A DNA stretch of 64,000 bases from a virus (IMGVR_UViG_3300027759_000044), one strand, 5' to 3'. Numbered from the stretch's first letter, positions 48,395-58,283 are shown. Made by a program: numbers and translations. Notes: generated by a model not told the origin, from the letters alone.

Positions 48395-48463
48395 TTGTTC
48401 TCTCTATAGGTTGTGTATAGAGATATTTATAAGCTAGAGAGTCTGTTTAAAAATTTTTAGAGT

Positions 48464-48637
48464 TTATTTGTTATTTTTAACAAACCAATAATGTTTTTGT
48501 AACTCTCTAATTACTTCACTTTCTGGTTGTTTAAAGTATCTTGTTGCCAACTCTACAAAGTCTAACCAACGATGACCATAATTATCATTACCTTGGCACC
48601 ATTGTTGGTACATTTGCTGTAATTCTCTACTCGTCAT
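48464..48637 (-). CDS. Small hypothetical protein (57 aa)
   Basis: Translated by me: MTSRELQQMYQQWCQGNDNYGHRWLDF... Confidence 0.55.
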   Translation of the reverse strand: MTSRELQQMYQQWCQGNDNYGHRWLDFVELATRYFKQPESEVIRELQKHYWFVKNNK

Positions 48638-48789
48638 TTCTTCTTTTTTTCTTGTTCTGATAACTTAGCTTTTACACCAGTTACCTCAAGTTTAGTCTCT
48701 TTTAGTATCTTTTCTGCTATAGGGCTTGAATAGTGAGGATACAATTTTGGGGGTGTTTTTGTTCTGGGTTTATGTTTGAACCAACTCAT
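48634..48789 (-). CDS. Small basic protein
   Basis: AAGGAG RBS before MSWFKHK. Confidence 0.6.
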   Translation of the reverse strand: MSWFKHKPRTKTPPKLYPHYSSPIAEKILKETKLEVTGVKAKLSEQEKKKK

Positions 48790-48875
48790 TGGTATGCTCC
48801 TTTTGATTGGGTATAAATATATATTTAATTGATTAAGTTCAATCAAATAGCATCATTCATAACTAAAGGAAATAA

Positions 48876-49952
48876 ATGAAAAAAATCTTATTAGCATTAT
48901 TATTAGCTTTAGCTAGTCAATATGTTGTTGCCCAAGACGCACCAACAACATTATTAAGCTCTGGAACTATAAGTCCTTATAAGGCTCAACGTAATGGACT
49001 ATTCATGGCCGCTGATTTTCTTGCGGCAGTTCCTGCAAATACAACATTTAAACTAAGCACACAGCCCTGGATGGATACGTCAAACAACACCGTTGTTATT
49101 TCAAAGATGCCATATGTGAGTGGCACCAAATATGCCAAAGATTACGCAAAAGAAGGCAGTGTGTTTACTGTAACCGAAGATAACAAGTATCGTTATTTTG
49201 TAGGTAATGGATTACCAAATACTGCAATGGGCGACTTTCCTGTTCAACCCGGTACCCCTGCCTACAAATATTATCAGGCTGCGCCAGGAGGACATGATTT
49301 TAGAACAGGTATTCCTGGTTCAGATTATTCAAGTGCCGCGGCGATTGGGATTAGTCCTTATGAGTTAAATATTCAAATACCTAAACATCCCAAGATAAGT
49401 GCTAAGCCAAATCCAATTGCCGCATTGCCAATTGGTGTCACACTCACAGGCACAGTGTGGCATGCCGAGATTGCAAACGCCAGTAGTACAGCATGGTATC
49501 CGCCAGCGTCAATACTACCGATTGACCAATGCTGGGGGCATCCTTATGCTCAACAATATCACTTGCATGGTTATTCATGGAAGTGTTTCCCTAATCAAGG
49601 TACAGAAGGACATTCACCATTGTTTGGTTATGCATTAGATGGATTTGGTATCTACGGTCCCAGAGGTGATGATGGCAAAATGGTAACTAACGACCAATTA
49701 GATGAATGTCATGGACATACTCACCCAGTAATGTGGGATGGTAAACTTCAAAATATCTATCACTATCACTTGAACCGTGAATTTCCATACGCTGTTGGTT
49801 GTTTTAGAGGTACAGTTAACTATGACCAAGCATTAGGATCAGCCGATTTGAGAGCGCACAACAAACCTCACGGGACACCAAGTAAAGCACATGACCATAA
49901 GAGTCATGGACCAAAAGGTATTATTGCAATACCAATTGGAGCCTTTCAATAA
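48876..49952 (+). CDS. Secreted YHYH-domain protein
   Basis: Signal peptide; GHP..YHLHG, HSPLFGYALDGF.IYG, LDECHGH, YHYH. Confidence 0.9.
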   Translation: MKKILLALLLALASQYVVAQDAPTTLLSSGTISPYKAQRNGLFMAADFLAAVPANTTFKLSTQPWMDTSNNTVVISKMPYVSGTKYAKDYAKEGSVFTVTEDNKYRYFVGNGLPNTAMGDFPVQPGTPAYKYYQAAPGGHDFRTGIPGSDYSSAAAIGISPYELNIQIPKHPKISAKPNPIAALPIGVTLTGTVWHAEIANASSTAWYPPASILPIDQCWGHPYAQQYHLHGYSWKCFPNQGTEGHSPLFGYALDGFGIYGPRGDDGKMVTNDQLDECHGHTHPVMWDGKLQNIYHYHLNREFPYAVGCFRGTVNYDQALGSADLRAHNKPHGTPSKAHDHKSHGPKGIIAIPIGAFQ

Positions 49953-49973
49953 TTAATAACAAAGGAAAATAAA

Positions 49974-50510
49974 ATGACAGAAGTAAAACCACTATCACGT
50001 AGTGAACGTGAAGCACAAATTAAAGATAGAGCAGGATGGGTAATTACTGTTATTGCTTTACTACTAGCAATAACAACTTATGTAGCTAATGGATTCAGTA
50101 GTAAAATACTAACTAATACTATCAAAGCAAATGATACTTGGAACTTCTATCAAGCTAAGAGTATCAAACAAAGTATTGCTGAAGGTCAATTAGAAGATGC
50201 CAAAGATCCAAAACGCAGAGAACAACTAGAAGCTAAGATTGCCCGTTATGAAAGTGATCCAGCTAAAGGTGAGGGTAAGAAAGAATTAATGGCTAAAGCA
50301 TTACAAATTGAAGCTGAACGTGATGATGCCAAAAAACATACCCCATGGTTAACTTTTGCCGGAATGGCATTTCAGTTAGCCATTGTGTTACTTTCAGCTA
50401 GTATTTTAGCTGTAGATAAACGTATGTTTTGGGGTAGTATTGGCGTTAGTGTTTTTGGTTCATTACTATTAGCCCAAGGCATTTGGCTTATTCTACCATT
50501 TGTGATATAA
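49974..50510 (+). CDS. DUF4337-like membrane protein
   Basis: ANDTWNFYQAKSIKQ; N- and C-terminal TM helices. Confidence 0.75.
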   Translation: MTEVKPLSRSEREAQIKDRAGWVITVIALLLAITTYVANGFSSKILTNTIKANDTWNFYQAKSIKQSIAEGQLEDAKDPKRREQLEAKIARYESDPAKGEGKKELMAKALQIEAERDDAKKHTPWLTFAGMAFQLAIVLLSASILAVDKRMFWGSIGVSVFGSLLLAQGIWLILPFVI

Positions 50511-50517
50511 TAACTAA

Positions 50518-51075
50518 ATGAAACTTAAGGAATTAATGGAAGATACTAACAAAAAAATGCCACATCTATACTTAGATATGGATGGGGTTCAAGCCGACTT
50601 CTTTGGAGCTTGGGCCGCAAAGCACAATGTTGGTAATTATAAAGAGATTCCTGATACTGAAACATCAATCAATGAATTAGCCTCAAGTAGCCCCGAAGAA
50701 GTATATAAGTTTTTTAGAGAACTAAAACCTCTTCAAGGTGGAGGCAAAGTTGTACGGTGGTTAAATCAACATAACATTCCATACACAGTATTAAGTGCTC
50801 CATTACGTGGCCCATATGCTAGTGCTAGTGTAAAAGCTAAAAAAGATTGGTTAGATGAACACAATCCAAATGCTACTCAAAATGCTATCTTTACGCAACA
50901 TAAACACAAATACGCATTAAAAGGTAGTGAGCCGAATGTGTTAGTAGATGATTACGGTAAATATTTAAATCTTTGGAGTAACGCAGGTGGTATTGCTGTG
51001 AAACATGAAGATGAGAATACTGACCACACTATTAAGTCATTAGAAAAGATTTATGCCCCTTATCTAACTAGATAA
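50518..51075 (+). CDS. HAD-family 5'(3')-deoxyribonucleotidase-like protein
   Basis: LYLDMDGV.ADF, ILS.P, K..WL, LVDDY.K..W..GG..H. Confidence 0.85.
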   Translation: MKLKELMEDTNKKMPHLYLDMDGVQADFFGAWAAKHNVGNYKEIPDTETSINELASSSPEEVYKFFRELKPLQGGGKVVRWLNQHNIPYTVLSAPLRGPYASASVKAKKDWLDEHNPNATQNAIFTQHKHKYALKGSEPNVLVDDYGKYLNLWSNAGGIAVKHEDENTDHTIKSLEKIYAPYLTR

Positions 51076-51083
51076 GTATTAAT

Positions 51084-51269
51084 ATGAAAAAACCCGGCAA
51101 AGACTTAGTTCGTTATGAAGTATTAACACATGAAGATCCAGACACGGGTGATTTAATGTTGCCTATACCACAGAAGTTATTAGATGAATTGGGTTGGCGT
51201 GAGGGTGATGAGATAGAATTTGCTATAGATGAAAAGGGCAAGTACATCTTAAAACGAGCAAATAAATGA
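51084..51269 (+). CDS. AbrB/MazE/SpoVT-family DNA-binding protein
   Basis: L.LPIP..LL..LGW.EGD.IEF. Confidence 0.75.
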   Translation: MKKPGKDLVRYEVLTHEDPDTGDLMLPIPQKLLDELGWREGDEIEFAIDEKGKYILKRANK

Positions 51270-51664
51270 GTTACCCAAATTACAATAACACTATGATAGG
51301 TGATTCATTCAATACCGATATCGGCGGTACAGTTACCATAGGCACAGTTACTATACCCAATAATACTTCAAACGGGATATATTGGGGTTTAAATGGTACA
51401 TCAAACACTATTATAGCAGATCCTAGCCTTAAAGGCAATTCACTTAGTGTTAAAGGTGATGCTAATTTTGAAGGTGAAGTAACTATTAAGGGTAAAAACT
51501 TATCTGATATGTTAGATAAGATTGAAGAACGATTGGCTATTCTTCACCCAAATCCTGAACTGGAAGATAGATGGGATGAGTTAAAAGAATTGGGCAAACG
51601 CTATAAAAAACTAGAGCAAGAACTACTAGAAAAAGAACGTGTTTGGGCAATCTTAAAAAAGTAA
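51266..51664 (+). CDS. Hypothetical protein
   Basis: Coupled ORF, C-terminal coiled coil. Confidence 0.75.
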   Translation: MSYPNYNNTMIGDSFNTDIGGTVTIGTVTIPNNTSNGIYWGLNGTSNTIIADPSLKGNSLSVKGDANFEGEVTIKGKNLSDMLDKIEERLAILHPNPELEDRWDELKELGKRYKKLEQELLEKERVWAILKK

Positions 51665-51667
51665 AAT

Positions 51668-51696
51668 TTGACAAATAATCCATACTTTGCTATAAT
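51668..51696 (+). promoter_or_regulatory. sigma70-type promoter
   Basis: TTGACA-17 bp-TATAAT with TG. Confidence 0.9.
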
Positions 51697-51728
51697 AGAA
51701 ACTGTTTAATAACTATGACCCACACATC

Positions 51729-52121
51729 ATGACCATGCATTTAGAAGGGCCCTGGCTTAGTACCGGTGGTAAACGTAAAGGCAAGATTAAGTTTCGCAAT
51801 AGCGCAGAGGCACAAAAAGCCCGTCAGCTTGATGCCGACTGGAAAGAACTACAGAAAAAATGGGAAGTTGATGCTGATGATAAAAAGCGAAAACGGGCAC
51901 TAGCGGCTGAGCCATTACAATATACATTATCGGCGCCGGCCGGGCGTGAGACAAAACGTATTGCTAGTTTAGATACTGGTCATTCAGGAGCTGTTCGCAC
52001 AAAAGATATTCCACAGTATACAGGTACTAATATTGTTGGGATTTCTACATTACATAAAAGTAATGCGGTTCCAGTTTTTAGTAGGGAAGAAGCGATTGAT
52101 ATATCAAAAATGAGAAGGTAG
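51729..52121 (+). CDS. Conserved phage hypothetical protein
   Basis: [14 protein letters not shown] motif. Confidence 0.8.
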   Translation: MTMHLEGPWLSTGGKRKGKIKFRNSAEAQKARQLDADWKELQKKWEVDADDKKRKRALAAEPLQYTLSAPAGRETKRIASLDTGHSGAVRTKDIPQYTGTNIVGISTLHKSNAVPVFSREEAIDISKMRR

Positions 52122-52122
52122 A

Positions 52123-52335
52123 ATGGCAAAAGAAGAAGGTCTAAGAATGGATGGTACGGTAACTGATGTGTTGCCAAATGCCATGTTCCGTGTCAAAGTT
52201 AATGGCACAAATGTAATAGGTTATATTTCTGGCAAGATGCGCCAGCATGATATTAAAGTTCTACTCGGTGATACAGTAGAATTAGAATTTAGTCCATACG
52301 ACTTAACTAAAGGACGTATTGTACGTAGAAGATAA
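52123..52335 (+). CDS. infA: Translation initiation factor IF-1
   Basis: [28 protein letters not shown]. Confidence 0.95.
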   Translation: MAKEEGLRMDGTVTDVLPNAMFRVKVNGTNVIGYISGKMRQHDIKVLLGDTVELEFSPYDLTKGRIVRRR

Positions 52336-52371
52336 ATATTTTCTTATCTGTTTTAAACAATATATATATTA

Positions 52372-53256
52372 ATGAAAAAAATTCTAATTACCGGCGGTTG
52401 CGGCTATATTGGTTCCGCACTTTTTACTAAATTTTGTAATAATCCAAATTATCAAGTCACTACGGTTGATGTTGAGTGGTTTGGGAATTTTATAAATCCT
52501 AATAATATCAAACTAGATTTTGGTGTATTAGATGAAAATTTCCTAGACCAATATGATATTATCATCCACGTAGCTGCCAATTCATCAGTTACATTATGTA
52601 AAGATATTAAAGATGCGTATGACAATAATGTCACTAAATTTATAAATCTAGTAAGTAAACTTAAAAAACAAAAATTCATATATGCGAGTAGTTCCTGTGT
52701 ATATGTAACGTCAGATAATCTACCAAAATCAGAAGATGATGTTTTATCTCCTATGGATGGTTTAACTTTTACCAAAACCACAATAGACCAATATATGCCA
52801 TTAACAAATGTTGAATATTACGGTTTAAGATTTGGAAGTGTTAATGGATATAGTCCTAATATGCGTTTAGATTTGATGATTAATTCAATGACTATTTCCG
52901 CAAAAACAAAGGGTGAAGTTAATGTTATGAATGGTTACGCACATAGACCAATACTTTCTACTAATGATTTAGTACGTGCAATTGAAACTATAGTTAACTC
53001 TGATGGGGATAAGCGAGGTGTTTACAACTTAGCATCAGTAAATCATAATATTTTAGACATTGGTAACAAAGTAGCAAAACACACCAATGTTCCGTTAGTA
53101 GATAAGGGTAATAATTTTACATATGATTTTTCTATTAATTCTGAGAAATTTATGAAAGAATTTAATTTTCAGTTCAACGATACCGTTGAGACAATTGTAG
53201 ATAATATATTATCTAACCCACACAATGATAAATGGCAAAAAAGAGATACTAAATGA
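52372..53256 (+). CDS. NAD-dependent epimerase/dehydratase (NDP-sugar)
   Basis: ITGGCGYIG, YASS..VY, LRFG.V.G.SP..R.DL; catalytic YxxxK appears as FxxxK. Confidence 0.85.
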   Translation: MKKILITGGCGYIGSALFTKFCNNPNYQVTTVDVEWFGNFINPNNIKLDFGVLDENFLDQYDIIIHVAANSSVTLCKDIKDAYDNNVTKFINLVSKLKKQKFIYASSSCVYVTSDNLPKSEDDVLSPMDGLTFTKTTIDQYMPLTNVEYYGLRFGSVNGYSPNMRLDLMINSMTISAKTKGEVNVMNGYAHRPILSTNDLVRAIETIVNSDGDKRGVYNLASVNHNILDIGNKVAKHTNVPLVDKGNNFTYDFSINSEKFMKEFNFQFNDTVETIVDNILSNPHNDKWQKRDTK

Positions 53257-54461
53257 ATTTTAAAATAAACGACCACTGTCTAGTATGTAAACATCCGATA
53301 AGTCATCAATTTTTAGATTTATCTGATCAACCTCTAGCTAATTCTTATCACAAAGGTGAGGATTTAGAGAAGTATCCATTAAGGATGAATGTTTGTACTA
53401 ATTGTTGGCATTCGCAATTAACAGTAAGTGTTGAACCATCCAAGATGTTTGAACATTATTTGTATATTAGTGATACCTCAAAAACACTTACAACATATTT
53501 TGAATGGGTCACTGATTATATATTAGACAAATGTAAGCCAAAAAATGTATTAGAAATTGCGTGTAATAGCGGGTTGTTACTAGAAATGTTCCAACAAAGG
53601 GGAATTGAATCATATGGGGTAGATCCTGCTAAAAATATTAGAGAATTAAGTGAAAAAAGAAATCTTAACGTATTTGTAGATTATTGGGATAAAAGATTTA
53701 GTGAAGAATTAAAGCTTACGGTAGGTAAGTTAGATTTAATTCTTGCATTCCACGTATTACCGCATGTTCAAGATCCTAATGATTTCATTGAGAGTTGTAT
53801 TAATGTATTATCTGATACAGGTACTATTTTCATTCAAACTAGTCAATGTGATATGTTATTGAATAATGAATTTGATGTAATATACCATGAACATTCAAGT
53901 TATTTTACAGGTAAATCTATACAAGAATTAGCACATAGACATAACTTATTTGTGTCTAGTATTATAAAGACTGATATACATAGTAAAAGCTTTTTATTCT
54001 CATTACAAAAGGCCCAATGTGATGAGACTCAACTTAGTGAGTTAATTGATTTTGAAACTCAGCACGGGATTTATAGCCTTGAGAAATATCATTCATTTGC
54101 CCAGATAGCAGAAACTAATAAAAATAAGTTACTAGTTGGATTACAGAAACTTAAAGATGAGGGATATTCTATAATTGGATATGGCGCTGCCGCAAAAGGT
54201 AATACGTTATTGAATTATATTGATTTTAAGTTAGATTATATTATAGATGATAGTTATATGAAATGGGGTTATTTAACTCCTGGTCAAGATATAGAAATAC
54301 ATAGTATTGATTTATTGAAGGACAAGTCTTTTGAAAAGATAGTATTTGTTCCTTTAGCTTGGAATTTTTATAAAGAAATTAAAGAAAGAATTACAAATGT
54401 ACGTGACACCAGTAATGATGTGTTTGTAAAGTATTTCCCTGATTATATGGAAGAAAAATGA
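53253..54461 (+). CDS. NDP-sugar C-methyltransferase (TylCIII/TcaB9-like)
   Basis: CxxC..QPLAN..CxxC zinc site, IYHEH.SYF, GYGAAAKG.TLLN. Confidence 0.9.
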   Translation: MNFKINDHCLVCKHPISHQFLDLSDQPLANSYHKGEDLEKYPLRMNVCTNCWHSQLTVSVEPSKMFEHYLYISDTSKTLTTYFEWVTDYILDKCKPKNVLEIACNSGLLLEMFQQRGIESYGVDPAKNIRELSEKRNLNVFVDYWDKRFSEELKLTVGKLDLILAFHVLPHVQDPNDFIESCINVLSDTGTIFIQTSQCDMLLNNEFDVIYHEHSSYFTGKSIQELAHRHNLFVSSIIKTDIHSKSFLFSLQKAQCDETQLSELIDFETQHGIYSLEKYHSFAQIAETNKNKLLVGLQKLKDEGYSIIGYGAAAKGNTLLNYIDFKLDYIIDDSYMKWGYLTPGQDIEIHSIDLLKDKSFEKIVFVPLAWNFYKEIKERITNVRDTSNDVFVKYFPDYMEEK

Positions 54462-55135
54462 TTAAATTAATTACAGATCATCCTGTTGCCTTAGAAAGTG
54501 ATGACCACATTCACCCTGATGGCATTTATTTAGATAATAATATTAACTATACATTTGTAGAGAATGTAGAAAAATATTTTAATAATACTAAAATAAATAT
54601 GCTTGATTTGGGTTGTGCCGGTGGTGAATTAGTTAGTAGAATGGCTGAACAAGGTCATAACACTGTGGGTTTAGAAGGTTCGGACCATTGTGTAAATGTT
54701 AGAGAAGAGGTAATAAAGCATCATAATACCTCACCATTAGGATTAAAAAATTGGGCCCAATATCACAATAGTAGACTGTTTACATGTGATGTGACTAAGA
54801 AATATCAACTATTATTAAATGATAGTCCAATGAAGTTTGATTTAATAACTTGTTTTGATGTTATGGAGCATTTCCATGAACATGAGTTAGATATGTTTTT
54901 TAAGATGATTCAATATCATTTAAAACCTGAAGGTATATTTGTTGCTAGTATAGCTTTATTTGACCTTATAAAGAATGAGGGAGTTAACTGGCACAAATCA
55001 GTATATCCGAAAGAATGGTGGGTGGAGACAAATTCTAAATATTTAAAAGAAATACCTTATCCGTTTAATATCACTAATAGAGGACAGAATATTCATACTA
55101 GTGGTGTATATGTTTATAGTGGTATGTTAAAGTGA
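54458..55135 (+). CDS. Class I SAM-dependent methyltransferase
   Basis: LDLGCAGG, FDLITCFDVMEH. Confidence 0.88.
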   Translation: MIKLITDHPVALESDDHIHPDGIYLDNNINYTFVENVEKYFNNTKINMLDLGCAGGELVSRMAEQGHNTVGLEGSDHCVNVREEVIKHHNTSPLGLKNWAQYHNSRLFTCDVTKKYQLLLNDSPMKFDLITCFDVMEHFHEHELDMFFKMIQYHLKPEGIFVASIALFDLIKNEGVNWHKSVYPKEWWVETNSKYLKEIPYPFNITNRGQNIHTSGVYVYSGMLK

Positions 55136-56100
55136 TTGTAACATCATGTCCTTTAAGGATATCGTTAGTGGGTGGGTCAACCGATCACCCGCATTTTATT
55201 AATAAGTACGGACACGGATCTGTTATTAGTTTCCCCTCAACATTACGTACATATATAACTATTCACCAAGATATTTTTGGTAGTAATTCTATAGGTAATA
55301 ATTATCATATTAATTATAGTAAACGAGAAACCGTAAAAAAAGTATCTGAAATTCAAAATGAATTAATACGATATTGTTTTGAATATCTTAATGTAGATAA
55401 AATGAATTGTAGTTTGACTTCAGATATTTATAGTTCTGGTTCAGGGTTAGCGGCAAGTTCTTCTTATTTACAAGCTTTAATAAAAGCCATATATGTATTG
55501 CGTGAAGAACATATAACTGAATTTGAAGTATGTAAAATAGCAGAGATTATTGAAAGAAATTTTAATCCATTGGTAGGACAACAAGATTTCTATGGAAGTA
55601 CCGGCGGATTGAAACGCATAGATTTTTATAAAAACACTGATCCGTCAATACGTTATTTAAGCACAAACATATTCAAACAATTAAACATATATTTACTATA
55701 TACAGGAGTATTACGCAGTAGTACCAATATATTAGAAAGTATAGATATAGACAAATCAATACCTCTATTACAGGATGTTGAAGATTTAGAAATTGCTATA
55801 AACAATTGTGATATTGAAAAGTTTGGTAACGTTATAAATCGTGGTTGGGAAAATAAAAAAGCTACCAGTAATTTAATATGTGGATCGCCCGCACTTTTAG
55901 AATTAGATAATAAACTTAAAAATGATTCTAACATATTAGCACACAAATTATGTGGTGCCGGCAATGGTGGATATTTTCTAATTTTTACTAATTTCAATAG
56001 TGGATTTGATCCAACTAAATATGATATGTTGAAATCCATCAGCATATCAGAGACCGGATTAAAATATATTAATTTAAAAAATGAATTTACAAAACTTTAA
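55132..56100 (+). CDS. GHMP sugar kinase, HddA (heptose-7-phosphate kinase)-like
   Basis: PLRISL.GG.TD, GSGLA.SS, GQQD, KL.GAG.GG. Confidence 0.85.
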   Translation: MIVTSCPLRISLVGGSTDHPHFINKYGHGSVISFPSTLRTYITIHQDIFGSNSIGNNYHINYSKRETVKKVSEIQNELIRYCFEYLNVDKMNCSLTSDIYSSGSGLAASSSYLQALIKAIYVLREEHITEFEVCKIAEIIERNFNPLVGQQDFYGSTGGLKRIDFYKNTDPSIRYLSTNIFKQLNIYLLYTGVLRSSTNILESIDIDKSIPLLQDVEDLEIAINNCDIEKFGNVINRGWENKKATSNLICGSPALLELDNKLKNDSNILAHKLCGAGNGGYFLIFTNFNSGFDPTKYDMLKSISISETGLKYINLKNEFTKL

Positions 56101-56578
56101 ATCTTGCCTTGATAATATAAAGCAAGATGACCTATCTAAATTAAAACAATACGTTCTTGGTGCCAAAAACATAATCATTCTAGGTAACGGTGGTAGTAAC
56201 GCTATTAGCTGTCATCTAGCACAAGATTATACAAAAGCATTGGGAATTAAAACCATAGCATTCGGAGATAGTTCCAGAATGAGTTGTTACGCAAATGACT
56301 ATGGATGGGATAATGCCTATACCAAATTTTTAGAACATTTTGCTGATTCTGATACCATGGTGATATTGATATCATCTTCTGGTAATTCTCAAAATATACT
56401 CAATGCGGCTGAATATTGTGTAGGTAAACATGGTATGATTACTTTATCCGGATTTAATCCTGACAATAAATTAAAAACAAAATATGGTTCACCCTCTTTA
56501 TTAAATTTTTATATTCCCAGTAATGATTATGGGGTGGTGGAAATACTTCACGAACTCATTTTACATTCTGTCATATGA
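56081..56578 (+). CDS. gmhA: SIS-domain phosphoheptose isomerase (GmhA-like)
   Basis: GNGGS.A..H...D, AND.G, ISSSGNS.NI, VE..H. Confidence 0.82.
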   Translation: MNLQNFKSCLDNIKQDDLSKLKQYVLGAKNIIILGNGGSNAISCHLAQDYTKALGIKTIAFGDSSRMSCYANDYGWDNAYTKFLEHFADSDTMVILISSSGNSQNILNAAEYCVGKHGMITLSGFNPDNKLKTKYGSPSLLNFYIPSNDYGVVEILHELILHSVI

Positions 56579-57327
56579 AGTCTACTATTATAACACACTT
56601 TTTTAATGAAGAATATCTATTGCCGTGGTGGTTAGAACATCATAAGAAGATATTTGATTATGGGATATTAATTGATTATGCTTCTACAGATAATTCAGTA
56701 AATATCATAAAAGAAATATGTCCAAATTGGTTAGTTATTCCTAGTATTCATAAAGAATTTGATTCAAAATTACAAAATGATGAAATACAGTATTGGGAAA
56801 ACCGTATAGAAGGTTGGCGTATTGCGTTAAATATAACTGAATTTTTAGTAGGAAATGTTAGTGATAAGTTTATAACGTCTCACCAAAGATTACAATATTT
56901 AATCCCAAGTATTAGCTTTTTTGATTGGGATCCTAGTGGAAGTTTAGATAGAGCCAAACCATTATGGGAGCAAAAGAAGTATGGGGTTTCTTATGAAACC
57001 GATTTCCATAATCTTCCCGGTAGATGGTCTAGAAGTTTACATAATTTCAATGATATAGTATATGAGCGAGGTAGACATTTTACACAGGGCTGGAATACTG
57101 TAAATCCATTAATTTTTCATTATGCCAATTGTATATCTAGTCCCGAAATGTTATCCAGAAGATTAAATTTACAGACAAAAATATCAATGGGTGATATACA
57201 AAATCATAGGGGCTGGCAACATACCAATTTTGGTAGAGGGCTTACAGTAGAATCAGTGATTGAATATAATAATTCCCATGCTCATAAAGTATCAGATTGT
57301 TCTAATTTCATAAATAGTGTAACTTAA
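56575..57327 (+). CDS. GT-A fold glycosyltransferase-like protein
   Basis: FFNEE.LLPWW..HH..FD...LIDY.STD.S. Confidence 0.75.
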   Translation: MKSTIITHFFNEEYLLPWWLEHHKKIFDYGILIDYASTDNSVNIIKEICPNWLVIPSIHKEFDSKLQNDEIQYWENRIEGWRIALNITEFLVGNVSDKFITSHQRLQYLIPSISFFDWDPSGSLDRAKPLWEQKKYGVSYETDFHNLPGRWSRSLHNFNDIVYERGRHFTQGWNTVNPLIFHYANCISSPEMLSRRLNLQTKISMGDIQNHRGWQHTNFGRGLTVESVIEYNNSHAHKVSDCSNFINSVT

Positions 57328-57356
57328 AAGTCTTAGATTAGATTGATAAATACTCA

Positions 57357-57911
57357 ATGCGTGACATTATTACATTGCTTGAGGACAAGGCTAAACCTCA
57401 AGATATAGAAATTATACCACTAAACTTCACAGCAAGTGAGGTTAAACCTGTATTAAGCCAAGATACCTTAGACCTACATTACGGTAAATTAGCCCATGGG
57501 TATGCTGAACGCTACAATAAGGGTGAAGGTGACAAAGATTTTAATTATGCAGGTGCTTTCTTACATAACACATTATTCCCCCAATTCCGTGAAGTTAGAA
57601 ATAACAACAAACCAAACGGCCCTATGTACGGATTTATCAATAAGCATTATAAAACGTATGACGATATGAAGTTAAAGTTTGAAGAAGAAGCAATGAAGAT
57701 TCAGGGATCAGGTTGGATCTATCTTGCGTATGACGGTAGTATAAAAACAATCAAAAACCATGAAGTAAGAAATGATATTCTACTATTGATAGATTGGTGG
57801 GAACATGCTTGGATACTTGATTACGGTGCAGACAAGAAAAAGTATTTAAAAGAGCAATGGAAAATCATCAATTGGAATGTAATTAACACAAGATGGGGCC
57901 GAAGTTTATGA
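57357..57911 (+). CDS. sod: Fe/Mn superoxide dismutase
   Basis: LHYGK, FLHN, DWWEHAW (all four metal ligands present). Confidence 0.93.
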   Translation: MRDIITLLEDKAKPQDIEIIPLNFTASEVKPVLSQDTLDLHYGKLAHGYAERYNKGEGDKDFNYAGAFLHNTLFPQFREVRNNNKPNGPMYGFINKHYKTYDDMKLKFEEEAMKIQGSGWIYLAYDGSIKTIKNHEVRNDILLLIDWWEHAWILDYGADKKKYLKEQWKIINWNVINTRWGRSL

Positions 57912-58234
57912 TAGAAATAACAGAGAATGCTACTATAAAGATAGCGGATATTTTAGCAGAGGAAAACAACCCAAAAGCTAGAATACGTGTGTTTGTTCAA
58001 GGTGGCGGATGTAGTGGAATGCAGTATGGTTTCACTATAGATGAAGAACAAAATGAAGATGATTTTGAGATACCCGCAGGATCATTAAGTATGTTAGTAG
58101 ACAGTATTTCAGCACAATATTTACAGAATGCCAGCATAGATTATGTTGAGGATTTGAACGGATCGCAGTTCAAAATCAGTAATCCCAATGCGGCAACAAC
58201 CTGCGGATGCGGGAGTAGTTTTAGTCCAACCTGA
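57908..58234 (+). CDS. erpA: A-type Fe-S carrier ErpA/IscA
   Basis: [24 protein letters not shown]. Confidence 0.93.
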   Translation: MIEITENATIKIADILAEENNPKARIRVFVQGGGCSGMQYGFTIDEEQNEDDFEIPAGSLSMLVDSISAQYLQNASIDYVEDLNGSQFKISNPNAATTCGCGSSFSPT

Positions 58235-58283
58235 TGATATTACATTTAGTCCTTATTGATAAATACATAATAAGGATTAAATT

